DNA from: Candidatus Spyradenecus sp.
GTDB lineage: Bacteria > Verrucomicrobiota > Verrucomicrobiia > Opitutales > UBA953
DNA length: 64,000 nucleotides
Assembly (NCBI GenBank): GCA_045535075.1
Contig: JAZSKX010000014.1
Location: 174,373-238,372 of the forward strand
Direction: 5' to 3'
Part shown: positions 29,986-40,067 of the stretch, in pieces
How the letters are laid out: each line of letters starts with the position of its first letter
Numbering within the stretch: the first letter of the stretch is position 1
Program-made: the position numbers and the translations under genes
The notes under the pieces: generated by a model
What the model was told of the DNA's origin: nothing
What the model saw: the letters and a program-made list of their open reading frames with translations, nothing else
The model's database searches: none

Positions 29986-30519
29986 GTGAACGACGCTATT
30001 GCCATAGAATGCCGCGGCTTCAAAATCTGTCGCCGCCAAGTCAAAAAAGTTTTGAAAACTCTGCGGGAACGCGCACCTTGGGAGTTTCCCGTCGGATGGC
30101 TTTCCGTCGCGTTTGTCGATGACGGGACAACCTGTAAGCTTCACGAACAGTTTCTCGACGATCCGTCGAAAACCGACGTAATTACTTTTCCGGGAGATGA
30201 CGTTTTTACGGAGCCGAAACGACGGAAGCTTACGGGAACGCCGCGCAAGTCGGATATCGGCGATGCTTCCGGATTTGCCGGCGAAATCGTCGTTTGCGTA
30301 CCGCAGGCTATGCGTGCTGCCGAAGAGGTTGGAACGACGCCTGCAGACGAAATTTTACTTTATCTCGTCCACGGCTGGTTGCATCTTGCGGGTTTGGACG
30401 ATTTGGCGGAAGATACGCGGCGTCAAATGCGCGTTGCCGAGGCTGAAGCCTTGGAAATTCTCCGCCACGCGGGAGCGGCTCCGTTTACGCGTATCTCGTT
30501 CCCGCAGGTCTTCGACTAG
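29986..30519 (+). CDS. ybeY: rRNA maturation endoribonuclease YbeY
   Basis: LVHGWLHLAGLDD (the H-x-x-x-H-x-x-G-x-D zinc motif). GTG start. Confidence 0.85.
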   Translation: MNDAIAIECRGFKICRRQVKKVLKTLRERAPWEFPVGWLSVAFVDDGTTCKLHEQFLDDPSKTDVITFPGDDVFTEPKRRKLTGTPRKSDIGDASGFAGEIVVCVPQAMRAAEEVGTTPADEILLYLVHGWLHLAGLDDLAEDTRRQMRVAEAEALEILRHAGAAPFTRISFPQVFD

Positions 30520-30605
30520 AGCCGTTCCCGGTGAGTGCGAGAAGGGCGATTTTTGCTTTTACGGGAACTTCTTCCCGAAAAAATTAATCATTCAGAGCTG
30601 TTATT

Positions 30606-33152
30606 ATGAATTTTCTTACATCGCTGACGGATTTGCCGGCTCATACCATGCTTCCCAACGGAATTCGTGTTTTTTTTAGAAAAACGTTGCCGTCCGGATT
30701 GGCATCGGTTCAGGTCTGGGTAAAAAGCGGAAGCCTCCACGAGGGCGAATTCCTTGGTAGCGGGATTTCTCATTATCTTGAGCACATGCTTTTCAAGGGA
30801 ACGGAGAAATTTTCGGCTGAAGAAATTTCACGGAAAGTTTCGGCGCTCGGCGGGAGCATGAATGCATATACGACGTTTTCCCGCACGGTTTATCACATTG
30901 ATTTGCCGGCGGAATCGTGTGAGAGCGCGTTCGAGATTCTCGCGCAAATGGTGTTGGCGCCACGGCTCGCCGAGGAAGATGCGCTCAGTGAAAAAGATGT
31001 TATTCTGCGCGAAATCGATATGTGCGATGACGATCCCGACAGCCGGCTTTCCGAGGCAACGCTTGCCGAGGCTTATCGGGTTCACCCGCTTCGTTTCCCG
31101 ATAATCGGAAAACGTGAAATCTTCAGTCGCCTCAACTCTGCGGATTTAAAAACGTATTTTGAAAAAAGATACACAAGCGATACGATAAACCTTGTAGTCG
31201 CCGGAGACTTGGACGAAGCGATTGTTTTTACGCTCGCGGAAAAATATTTCGGCGGCGCAATGACGAAGGCGACCCCGGAAGCGTTCGTTCCCGCCGAACC
31301 GGCCCAACTTGCACCGCGGGAAGTAACGCTCTATGGAGATGTAAAAATTCTTCGCGGGAATCTGATTTGGAAAATTCCCGGATTAACGCATTCGGATGCG
31401 CCGGCGCTTTCCGTGCTTGCCGCCTTGCTCGGCAAAGGAGATTCGGCGTTGCTTTGGAACGAACTTCACGAAAAACGAGGGCTCGTTCATGCGCTTTCCG
31501 CTTCGGTTTGGACTCCGGCAAACGAAGGAATGTTTTGGATTTCCTATGCGGCGGATTTGGATAAACGACAGTCCGTCGAAGATGCTTTGCGCGAAGAAAT
31601 TTCAAAAATTAAGCGAGACGGGATTGCGCCGGCGTTGTTAAAAAAAGCCTCGCGGCAAGCGCTTGTCGGTCTTGTCAATTCGCGCCGCACGGTGGCGTCT
31701 TCGGCTGCGAGCCTCGGCAGAGAAGCCGTTGAAGTCGGCGAACTCGGCGCAACGGCGGTTTTCTTGGAACGCATCCGTGCGTTGACTCCGGATTCGGTTT
31801 GCGAAGCGGCGGAAAAATATTTGCGGGAAGAGTGCAGCACCGTTGCCGCCTACGAAAAGAAACTTTCCCGAAAAACACTTTCGGAATCTTCCGGAAAGAA
31901 TGCTGCATCGCATGCGGGAACGGCGAATTTTGAAAGCGTAAGACTCCCCAACGGAGTACGTATTTTGTTGCAACCGGTAAAGGGATTTCCGAAGTTTTAT
32001 CTTCAGGCAAGCTTACGAGCCGGCGGAATTTTTGAAACACATGCGACAAAGGGCGCAAGCGCGTTACTGGCGACAATGCTCACGCTCGACGCGGGAACGC
32101 GAAAGGCTACGGAAATTGCGGAAGTCGTTGAGAGTGTCGGCGGATCATTCGAAGAAGATGTTGATGCGAACTCGATTTCGCTCGCGATAGAAACGCTTTC
32201 GGACGATTGTTCGCTCGCTTGCGAAATCTTGCGCGATGCATTGCTGGAACCGCATTTTACCGAAGAAAATTTCGAGCGCGAGCGTAGCGCTCAACTTGCC
32301 GCTTTGCGCAGCGAATACGATGAAATTGAATATTTTGCCCGCATCGCGCTGCGGGAACGCTTTTACGGGAAGGAATGTCCGCTCGGAACGCATATTTTCG
32401 GAACCGAAAAAAGCTTGGAAACTCAGACGCTCTCCGACATTCAATCGCTTTACGAGAAAGTGGTCGTACCGGAAAATCTTGTTATTGCGGCGAGCGGAGA
32501 ATTCGATCGCGAGCAGCTTTTGAAAATGCTCACGGATGCATTCGGAAGTTTTTGCGGCAAACGGGAATTTGTCATTCCGAAGATGCCTTCACCGATTGAA
32601 GCCGAGCGCGCAAGAGAAGAACAACTTGCATTTGATGGTGAGCAGGCGATTGTCCAGTTGGCGTTTCCGGATGTCGGGGCTTGTGACGAACGGCGTTTTG
32701 TGTCGGCGCTGACGGCGGGATTGCTCAGCGGAATGTCGAGTCGGCTTTTTCTCGAGGTTCGGGAAAAGCGCGGCTTGGCGTATTTTATCGGCGCTTCTCG
32801 CGGCGGCTCGCCGGAGTTCGGAATGTTTACACTTTGCGCGGGAACGGAAAAATCCAAGACCGAGGCCGTTTTTGCGGAAATGCGCAAAGAAATGGATCGC
32901 TTGCGGCGGGGAGAAATCTCCGACGATGAATTACGGGCGACTAAAATGCGTATGTGTATTTCCCGGCGCAGTGCGCGGCAACGAGCGTCCGTTCGTGCGG
33001 GAACGGTTTTGCGGGAAAGCCTTTATCAGATTCCGATCTTGAGTGAGAACGAATTTGAGCGCCGCATAAATGAAGTTTCTCGCGAGGATATTGCCCGATT
33101 TGCCCGTGAAATACTTGCGCCTGAAAAGTCTTTGGCTCTTATTGTCGCTTAG
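30606..33152 (+). CDS. M16-family zinc peptidase, two fused M16 units
   Basis: The inverted zincin motif HYLEHMLFKGT sits in the first half. The second half is M16-like and lacks HxxEH. Total length 848 aa. Confidence 0.8.
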   Translation: MNFLTSLTDLPAHTMLPNGIRVFFRKTLPSGLASVQVWVKSGSLHEGEFLGSGISHYLEHMLFKGTEKFSAEEISRKVSALGGSMNAYTTFSRTVYHIDLPAESCESAFEILAQMVLAPRLAEEDALSEKDVILREIDMCDDDPDSRLSEATLAEAYRVHPLRFPIIGKREIFSRLNSADLKTYFEKRYTSDTINLVVAGDLDEAIVFTLAEKYFGGAMTKATPEAFVPAEPAQLAPREVTLYGDVKILRGNLIWKIPGLTHSDAPALSVLAALLGKGDSALLWNELHEKRGLVHALSASVWTPANEGMFWISYAADLDKRQSVEDALREEISKIKRDGIAPALLKKASRQALVGLVNSRRTVASSAASLGREAVEVGELGATAVFLERIRALTPDSVCEAAEKYLREECSTVAAYEKKLSRKTLSESSGKNAASHAGTANFESVRLPNGVRILLQPVKGFPKFYLQASLRAGGIFETHATKGASALLATMLTLDAGTRKATEIAEVVESVGGSFEEDVDANSISLAIETLSDDCSLACEILRDALLEPHFTEENFERERSAQLAALRSEYDEIEYFARIALRERFYGKECPLGTHIFGTEKSLETQTLSDIQSLYEKVVVPENLVIAASGEFDREQLLKMLTDAFGSFCGKREFVIPKMPSPIEAERAREEQLAFDGEQAIVQLAFPDVGACDERRFVSALTAGLLSGMSSRLFLEVREKRGLAYFIGASRGGSPEFGMFTLCAGTEKSKTEAVFAEMRKEMDRLRRGEISDDELRATKMRMCISRRSARQRASVRAGTVLRESLYQIPILSENEFERRINEVSREDIARFAREILAPEKSLALIVA

Positions 33153-33170
33153 TCGTTATTTACAAAGAAC

Positions 33171-33208
33171 AAAAAAGCGTTCCCGTGATTTCGCGGGAAC
33201 GCTTTTTT
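33171..33208. terminator. bidirectional terminator built from an inverted CGGGAACG pair
   Basis: AAAAAAGCGTTCCCG-tgatttcg-CGGGAACGCTTTTTT lies between the convergent M16 peptidase and guaA genes. Confidence 0.8.
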
Positions 33209-33229
33209 ATTTCTAAACTCTAATCTCAA

Positions 33230-34216
33230 TTACTCCCATTCGATGGTGCCGATGGGTTTCGGCGTGAGATCGAGCAGAACGCGATTGATGCCTTCGACTT
33301 CGTGCGTGATACGGTCGGTGATGCGGTGCAAGACATCATAGGGAATTTCCTCGATCGTCGCCGTCATCGCATCAACGGTGTTAACGGCGCGAATAATCGC
33401 CGGCCAACCTTCATAACGTTTGTTGTCGCGTACGCCGACGCTTTTGAAATCGGGAACGGCGACAAAGTATTGCCAAACTTTTCCTGCAAGTCCGCATTTG
33501 TCAAATTCTTCGCGCAAAATCGCGTCGGCTTCGCGGAGTGCGTGCAGTCGGTCGCGTGTGATGGCTCCGAGGCAACGCACGCCGAGACCCGGTCCCGGGA
33601 ACGGTTGGCGGAAGACCATTTCGTCGGGAAGCCCGAGCGCTTTGCCGACGACGCGGACTTCGTCTTTGTAAAGCAGCTTGAGCGGTTCAACGAGTTCCAT
33701 TTCCATGTCTTCGGGAAGCCCGCCGACATTGTGGTGGGCTTTTACGCCGTGGCTTTCGAGAATGTCCGGATAGATTGTGCCTTGTGCAAGGAATGAAATT
33801 CCGGAGAGTTTTCCGGCTTCTTCGTCGAAAACTTTAATAAATTCGTTGCCGATGATTTTGCGTTTTTTCTCGGGATCGGCTTCGCCGGCGAGCAGGTCAA
33901 GAAAACGATCCGTCGCATCAACATAAATAAGGTTGGCATCCAAACCGTTGCGAAACACCTCAATGACTTGCTCGCTTTCGCCTTTGCGCATCAGGCCGTG
34001 ATTGACGTGGACGCAAACGAGTTGCTTGCCGATTGCTTTAATCAGGAGAGCGGCGACGACTGAGGAGTCAACCCCGCCGGAAAGTGCGAGAAGCACTTTT
34101 TTGTCTCCGACTTGTGCGCGAACCTCGCGCACCTGTTCTTCGATAAACGCGTCTGCCAAAGCAGCCGTCGTGATTCGTGCCACGGATTCGGGACGAACGT
34201 TGTTTTGTTGCATCAT
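33230..34216 (-). CDS. guaA: GMP synthase, ATP-pyrophosphatase plus dimerisation domains only
   Basis: VLLALSGGVDSSV P-loop, and a C-terminus ...LDLTPKPIGTIEWE. The start MMQQNN at 34216 has AGGAAG upstream. There is no glutamine amidotransferase domain. Confidence 0.85.
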   Translation of the reverse strand: MMQQNNVRPESVARITTAALADAFIEEQVREVRAQVGDKKVLLALSGGVDSSVVAALLIKAIGKQLVCVHVNHGLMRKGESEQVIEVFRNGLDANLIYVDATDRFLDLLAGEADPEKKRKIIGNEFIKVFDEEAGKLSGISFLAQGTIYPDILESHGVKAHHNVGGLPEDMEMELVEPLKLLYKDEVRVVGKALGLPDEMVFRQPFPGPGLGVRCLGAITRDRLHALREADAILREEFDKCGLAGKVWQYFVAVPDFKSVGVRDNKRYEGWPAIIRAVNTVDAMTATIEEIPYDVLHRITDRITHEVEGINRVLLDLTPKPIGTIEWE

Positions 34217-34414
34217 TTTACTTCCTAGTGGATTGTTAGAAAATGTACGCGACATCGTAGCAAAAAGAATCCTAAAAATGCAATAAGCTTGCAAAAAAAA
34301 ATATTTTTCTTAAGCCCGCCCTAAAAGTTTGTTCGAATCGCTTGTGTTTCGTGCGGGAACGCTCGGAATGTGCGCTTGCGGCGGGAAGGTAAAATCTGTT
34401 TCATTAGCACTCAA

Positions 34415-35773
34415 ATGTTTGAAAATCTGACAGACCGTATGGGACAGGCTTTGCGCAATTTGCGCGGCTTGGGGAAAATTTCCGAATCCAATATTGCCGA
34501 AGCGCTTGCGGAAGTGCGCACGGCGCTTTTGTCCGCTGATGTGCATTTTCGGGTCGCGCGGGAATTCTGCGAACGGGTGAAGGAACAATGCTTGGGGCAG
34601 GCGGTTTTGGCATCGGTTTCGCCCGGGCAAATGGCGATTAAAATTATCCACGATGAATTGGAGCGCCTCCTCGGAGAAAACTCGACTCAATTTTCGAATG
34701 TTCGCCCGCTTAAAGTAATGCTCGTCGGTTTGCACGGAAGCGGGAAAACGACTTCCGCCGCGAAGCTCGCGCGTTTGCTTAAAAACCGGGGAAACTACAA
34801 ACCGGCTCTCGTCGCATGCGACGTTTATCGCCCGGCGGCAATTGATCAACTCGAGCTTCTTGCGGGAACGGTTGGGGCAAAATTTTATTGCGAGCGAGAC
34901 TCGAAAGACGTTCCCGCGATTGCGGAAAGCGGCTTAAAATTTGCAACGGAAAACTTTTCGGATCTGATTATTTTCGACACGGCGGGGCGTTTGCAAATTG
35001 ATGAAAATTTGATTGAGGAAATCAAACGTCTGCGGGAACGCGTGCGACCGGACGAAGTGCTGCTCGTCGCCGATGCCGCCCTCGGGCAGGAAGCCGTTAA
35101 CGTTGCAAAACATTTCCACGAAGCCGTCAATCTGACGGGAATTATCCTGACAAAGCTTGACGGGGACGCGCGCGGCGGTGCAGCGCTTTCGATGAAAGCG
35201 ATTACGGGTGTTCCGATTAAATTCATGGGAACCGGAGAAAAGGTGGAAGATTTCGACATTTTCCACGCCGATCGTATGGCTCAACGCATTCTCGGAATGG
35301 GGGATGTTGTTTCTCTCGTCGAAAAAGCGCAGGAAACAATCGACCAAAAAGAAGCCGAACGCATCGCCGCAAAAATGAAAAAGGCGGATTTCGATTTGGA
35401 GGATTTTCTTGCACAGCTCCAACAGATGAAAAAAATGGGTCCGATCGGTAATATCATGAAAATGATGCCGGGAATGAGCGGAATCCAGGTCGGAGAAAAA
35501 GAAGAAAAAAAGATGCGCCAAACCGAAGCGATTATTCAGTCCATGACGAAGCAGGAGCGGGCGCGTCCGGAGATTTTGAACGGTTCCCGCCGTGCGCGTA
35601 TTGCTAAAGGCTCGGGAACGAAGGTGTCTGACGTGAACGCGCTTTTGAAGCAATTTTCACAGATGCGGCAAATGATGAAAATGCTCAAAAGCGGCAAGAT
35701 GAAAGCGCTGATGCGCGGACTCGGCGGGAAGCTTCCCGGGCTTGGCGGTTTGGGCGGAAAGTTCCCGTTCTAA
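34415..35773 (+). CDS. ffh: signal recognition particle protein
   Basis: [38 protein letters not shown] and a Met-rich M domain. Confidence 0.9.
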   Translation: MFENLTDRMGQALRNLRGLGKISESNIAEALAEVRTALLSADVHFRVAREFCERVKEQCLGQAVLASVSPGQMAIKIIHDELERLLGENSTQFSNVRPLKVMLVGLHGSGKTTSAAKLARLLKNRGNYKPALVACDVYRPAAIDQLELLAGTVGAKFYCERDSKDVPAIAESGLKFATENFSDLIIFDTAGRLQIDENLIEEIKRLRERVRPDEVLLVADAALGQEAVNVAKHFHEAVNLTGIILTKLDGDARGGAALSMKAITGVPIKFMGTGEKVEDFDIFHADRMAQRILGMGDVVSLVEKAQETIDQKEAERIAAKMKKADFDLEDFLAQLQQMKKMGPIGNIMKMMPGMSGIQVGEKEEKKMRQTEAIIQSMTKQERARPEILNGSRRARIAKGSGTKVSDVNALLKQFSQMRQMMKMLKSGKMKALMRGLGGKLPGLGGLGGKFPF

Positions 35774-35811
35774 ATTTAAAATGTTTTAATTAGGCGTTTT
35801 CTATTTTTGAT

Positions 35812-36126
35812 ATGAAAAAATTTTTTGCAGTTTGTTCTGTTTTTCTTACGGCGCTTTTGTGCGGGAACGGATGTTCATACTTCATGCTTTGGCAGGTTTC
35901 GAACTATGAGCACGACGAAACACGTGCCGATCGCGAAATGCGTGCGCTTGAAGAAGAGCGCGCATTGCGGATGCAGGCTGATTCCAATTACACCGATGAA
36001 CAAATCCGCGCCGTCAACGCGCGCTCTTCGCTCGGAAATCATCGCTCGTCCAATTCCCGCCCGCTCACAATCGAAGAATTGCGGGAACAACAGGAACGGG
36101 AACGCAAACTTCGCCGCCGGAATTAA
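35812..36126 (+). CDS. small lipoprotein, hypothetical
   Basis: MKKFFAVCSVFLTALLCGNGC lipobox-like signal. The remainder is charged and helical. Confidence 0.5.
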   Translation: MKKFFAVCSVFLTALLCGNGCSYFMLWQVSNYEHDETRADREMRALEEERALRMQADSNYTDEQIRAVNARSSLGNHRSSNSRPLTIEELREQQERERKLRRRN

Positions 36127-36177
36127 AAATTTAAAATAGCGAATTCAGGATTAATTGCTGCGGCTCTTGTTCGGAAT

Positions 36178-37110
36178 TTGCATTTTCCCGTTGTGCTGCG
36201 CTTTATCCTCAGACGCTTGCTCGAAGCCGTTCCCGTGCTCTTTGTCGTGGCAACGGCGACCTTTTTTTTAGCGCGTTTTGCTCCGGGAGGCCCTTTCGAT
36301 GAAGCACGCCCGCTTCCGCCGATTGTCAAAGCGCAAATGGACGCGCATTACGGATTGGATCAGCCGCTTGCTGAGCAATATGTCCGCTTTCTCGGAAATT
36401 TAATTCGCGGCGATTTGGGGCCGTCATACAAATATCACGGCTGGGATGTGAGCGAATTGATCGCGGATCGCATTCCCGTTTCGCTGGCTCTCGGCGGCGG
36501 AGCGCTTGCAATTGCGCTTTTGATCGGTATTCCGCTCGGTTGTATTGCGTCGGTTAAGCCGGATTCGTGGCTTGACCGCATTCCGACAGGAATCGCAACG
36601 CTCGGAATTTGCCTGCCGACTTTCGTCATCGGACCGATTTTAGTTTTGATTTTTTCGGTTTGGCTTGGCTGGTTCAATGCGTCGGGTTGGAATGTTCCTG
36701 CGGATTTTGTTCTGCCGTCGCTGACTCTCGGGCTGGTTTATGCCGCTCCCGTGGCGCGCCTTATGCGCGGATCCATGCTTGAAGTGCGTACTGCCGATTA
36801 TATGAAAACGGCAAAGGCAAAAGGGCTTTCTCCCGTGCGCGTTTATTTTGTCCACGGATTGCGCAACGCGCTGATTCCCGTGGTTTCCTACATTGCGCCG
36901 ACGGCTGCGGGGCTAATCAGCGGTTCCTTCGTTGTCGAGTCGATGTTTAACATTCCCGGATTGGGACAATTTTTTGTCAAAGCTGCGTTTAATCGTGATT
37001 TTACGATGATTGTCGGAACAGTCATGTTTTATGCCGCCGTTTTAGTTTTACTGAATTTGCTTGGCGAAATTCTTCTCGCAAAAATTAATCCTAAGGCGAA
37101 AATCGCTTAG
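36178..37110 (+). CDS. ABC transporter permease (DppB/OppB family)
   Basis: (V)LRFILRRLLEAVPVLFVVATATFFL N-terminus and an EAA-like loop (YMKTAKAKGLS). A GTG at 36193 is a plausible true start. Confidence 0.8.
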   Translation: MHFPVVLRFILRRLLEAVPVLFVVATATFFLARFAPGGPFDEARPLPPIVKAQMDAHYGLDQPLAEQYVRFLGNLIRGDLGPSYKYHGWDVSELIADRIPVSLALGGGALAIALLIGIPLGCIASVKPDSWLDRIPTGIATLGICLPTFVIGPILVLIFSVWLGWFNASGWNVPADFVLPSLTLGLVYAAPVARLMRGSMLEVRTADYMKTAKAKGLSPVRVYFVHGLRNALIPVVSYIAPTAAGLISGSFVVESMFNIPGLGQFFVKAAFNRDFTMIVGTVMFYAAVLVLLNLLGEILLAKINPKAKIA

Positions 37111-37130
37111 CCCCGAAATAAAAAATAACA

Positions 37131-37901
37131 ATGAAAGCTTTAATCACCGGCGCAAGCGGCGGAATCGGTCGCGAAATCGCAAAAGTGCTCGCAGAGCGCG
37201 GCTGTGAGTTGATTTTGTGTTCCCGCGATAAAGCGGCTTTGACCGCGCTTGCGGAAGAACTTCCCGTGCCGTGCAAAGTGGTCGCGACGGATTTATCGGT
37301 CGAAGAAAATTGCAGGAAGCTTTATGAGCAAACTCGCAACGATAATGTGGAAATTCTTGTCAATAACGCCGGATTCGGAGTTTTCGGGGCGTTTGAAAAA
37401 ACGGATTTGGATGCAGAGTTGGAGCTGATTAATCTGAACATCCGTGCAGTGCATGTGCTGACGAAGCTTTTTCTGAAAGACTTTCGAAAGCGCTCTGGGG
37501 CGTGTTATATCTTAAACGTTTCTTCAATGGCGGGATTTTTTGCCGGACCGCTTTTTTCATCTTACTACGCTTCCAAAAATTACGTGACGCGTCTTTCGGA
37601 AGGTATCGCTGAAGAATTGCGGCGGGAACGCGCAAATGTGTCGCTTTCGCTTTTGTGCCCGGGACCGGTTCCGACCGGATTCGGCAAGCGCGCCGGCGTC
37701 TCTTTCGGACTCTCGGGAACGCCCGTGCGGTTCGTCGCCGAATCCGCCGTTCGAGGAATGTTTGCCCGCAAGCTTTATATCGTTCCCGGTGTATCCAATA
37801 AATTATTACGTTGCCTCGGGGCTGTGTTTACTTCCCGATTCTGTGCCCGCATCGTTTATTCCCTGCAAAGCGCAAAGAAAATTGTCCGCGGGAACTCTTA
37901 G
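37131..37901 (+). CDS. SDR-family oxidoreductase
   Basis: MKALITGASGGIGREIA, NNAG, and YYASKNY (YxxxK). Confidence 0.8.
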   Translation: MKALITGASGGIGREIAKVLAERGCELILCSRDKAALTALAEELPVPCKVVATDLSVEENCRKLYEQTRNDNVEILVNNAGFGVFGAFEKTDLDAELELINLNIRAVHVLTKLFLKDFRKRSGACYILNVSSMAGFFAGPLFSSYYASKNYVTRLSEGIAEELRRERANVSLSLLCPGPVPTGFGKRAGVSFGLSGTPVRFVAESAVRGMFARKLYIVPGVSNKLLRCLGAVFTSRFCARIVYSLQSAKKIVRGNS

Positions 37902-38011
37902 TGCCGTTTATCTGTTTGCGCCCGGCGTTCCCGCGTTTTGTTGCCGTTTATAATGTGACAAAAATGGGACACTAAAAACTTGGCACGGGCTTTGCATTAA
38001 ACGAAAGCACT

Positions 38012-39937
38012 ATGAGTAAAATTCTTGGAATCGACCTTGGTACCACCAATTCTTGCATGGCTGTCATGGAAGGCGGCGAACCCGTCGTCATCCCGAACAG
38101 CGAAGGCGCGCGCACGACGCCTTCGGTAGTCGCGTTTGCGAAAAACGGCGAACGCCTCGTCGGCCAGGCGGCAAAACGCCAAGCCGTTACGAACCCGAAA
38201 AACACGATCTTTTCGGCAAAACGCCTGATCGGCCGTAAATTTGCGGAAGTTCAGGAAGAAATCAAATCGTTCCCGTTCACCGTCGTTGAAGGTAAAAACG
38301 GCGACGCCGCAATTCAGGCGGAAGTGAACGGCAAAACGGAAACTTTCGCGCCGGAACAAATCTCCGCGATGGTGCTCGCAAAAATGAAAGCTGACGCCGA
38401 AGCCTATCTCGGCGAAAAAATCACGCAGGCGGTCATCACCGTTCCCGCGTATTTTAACGACGCTCAACGCCAAGCCACAAAGGACGCGGGAACGATCGCA
38501 GGGCTCGAAGTGCTCCGCATCATCAACGAACCGACCGCCGCTTCCCTCGCTTACGGTTTGGATAAAAAATCCGACGAAAAAATCGCGGTTTACGACCTCG
38601 GCGGCGGAACGTATGACGTTTCCATTCTCGAAATCGGCGACGGCGTTTTTGAAGTCAAAGCCACCAACGGCGACACTCAACTCGGCGGCGATAATTTCGA
38701 CGAACGCATCATTTCCTGGCTCGTTGACGGCTTCAAAGCCGAAAACGGAATCGACCTCCGCAACGACCCGATCGCGCTCCAACGCCTGAAAGAAGAAGCG
38801 GAAAAAGCCAAAATCGCGCTTTCGTCCACCAATTCCACCGACATCAATCTGCCCTTCATCACGGCGGACGCAACCGGCCCGAAGCACTTGAACGTCCAGC
38901 TCACGCGCGCCAAGCTCGAACAGCTTTGCGACGACTTGCTCGAACGCACCCGCATTCCGTTTGAAAAATGCTTGCGCGACGCCGAGCTTTCCATGAGCGA
39001 AATTAACGAGCTCGTTCTCGTCGGCGGTATGACGCGTATGCCGAAAGTCGTCGAAGTCGCCCGCAGCCTCGCGGGAAAAGAACCGCACAAGGGCGTGAAC
39101 CCGGACGAAGTCGTCGCTATCGGCGCTTCCATTCAGGGCGGCGTGCTCAAGGGTGATGTTCGCGACGTGCTTCTGCTCGACGTTACGCCGCTCACGCTTT
39201 CCATCGAAACCGCCGGCGGTGTTTCCACGCCGATGATTGAACGCAACTCGACGATTCCGACGAAAAAATCCCAGATTTTCTCGACCTACGCGGACAACCA
39301 GACCGCCGTCGACATCCGCGTTCTCCAAGGCGAACGCCCGATGGCGAAGGACAACAAGCAACTCGGGCTTTTCCGCCTCGACGGAATCAATCCCGCGCCG
39401 CGCGGCACGCCGCAAATCGAAGTTACCTTCGACATCGACGCGAACGGTATTTTGCACGTTTCCGCCATCGACAAAGGCACCGGCAAGAGCCAGGAAATCT
39501 CCATCACGGGATCGTCCGGCTTGAGCAAGGACGAAGTTGAAAAACTCCGCAAGGAAGCCGAACTTCACGCCGCGGAAGACAAAGTCCTTCGCGAAACCGC
39601 CGAAGCGCGCAACAAGCTCGACGCCTACGTTTTCCAAATCGAAAAGCAAATCAAGGAAGCCGGAGACAAAGTTCCCGCCGAACAAAAAGCGGAAATGGAC
39701 AAGCTCCTCGCCGACGCGAAGAAAGTGCTCGAAGACAAATCTTCCACGCTCGACGCGATTAACGAACAGGTTTCCAAAATCGAAAGCATCATGCAGGCGG
39801 CTCAGCAGTTCGCCCAGCAGCAACAGCAAGCCGGCGCGGGAACGCCTCCGCCGCCCCCGCAGAATGACGCTTCATCCGCCAAGAAAGGCGGCAACGGCGC
39901 CGTCGATGCCGACTTCGAAGTCGTCGACGATAAGTAA
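38012..39937 (+). CDS. dnaK: molecular chaperone DnaK
   Basis: [25 protein letters not shown], and full Hsp70 length (641 aa). Confidence 0.95.
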   Translation: MSKILGIDLGTTNSCMAVMEGGEPVVIPNSEGARTTPSVVAFAKNGERLVGQAAKRQAVTNPKNTIFSAKRLIGRKFAEVQEEIKSFPFTVVEGKNGDAAIQAEVNGKTETFAPEQISAMVLAKMKADAEAYLGEKITQAVITVPAYFNDAQRQATKDAGTIAGLEVLRIINEPTAASLAYGLDKKSDEKIAVYDLGGGTYDVSILEIGDGVFEVKATNGDTQLGGDNFDERIISWLVDGFKAENGIDLRNDPIALQRLKEEAEKAKIALSSTNSTDINLPFITADATGPKHLNVQLTRAKLEQLCDDLLERTRIPFEKCLRDAELSMSEINELVLVGGMTRMPKVVEVARSLAGKEPHKGVNPDEVVAIGASIQGGVLKGDVRDVLLLDVTPLTLSIETAGGVSTPMIERNSTIPTKKSQIFSTYADNQTAVDIRVLQGERPMAKDNKQLGLFRLDGINPAPRGTPQIEVTFDIDANGILHVSAIDKGTGKSQEISITGSSGLSKDEVEKLRKEAELHAAEDKVLRETAEARNKLDAYVFQIEKQIKEAGDKVPAEQKAEMDKLLADAKKVLEDKSSTLDAINEQVSKIESIMQAAQQFAQQQQQAGAGTPPPPPQNDASSAKKGGNGAVDADFEVVDDK

Positions 39938-40020
39938 GATAGTGGCTGGTAACCGGGAATTAGTAACCGGAAGTTAGCAACCGATAGCTTCCGATTACCG
40001 GCTCCCGGTTCCGAGTTGCC

Positions 40021-40067
40021 AAAAAAAAAGCGTTCCCGTGATTAATTTCGCGGGAACGCTTTTTTTC
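40021..40067. terminator. bidirectional terminator built from an inverted CGGGAACG pair
   Basis: A9-GCGTTCCCG-tgattaatttcg-CGGGAACGC-T7 lies between convergent dnaK and the alcohol dehydrogenase gene. It overlaps the stop codon of the latter. Confidence 0.8.

Noticed and set aside
37997-39829. 610-aa ORF on the minus strand
   Set aside because: It is antisense to dnaK. This is the classic spurious shadow ORF.
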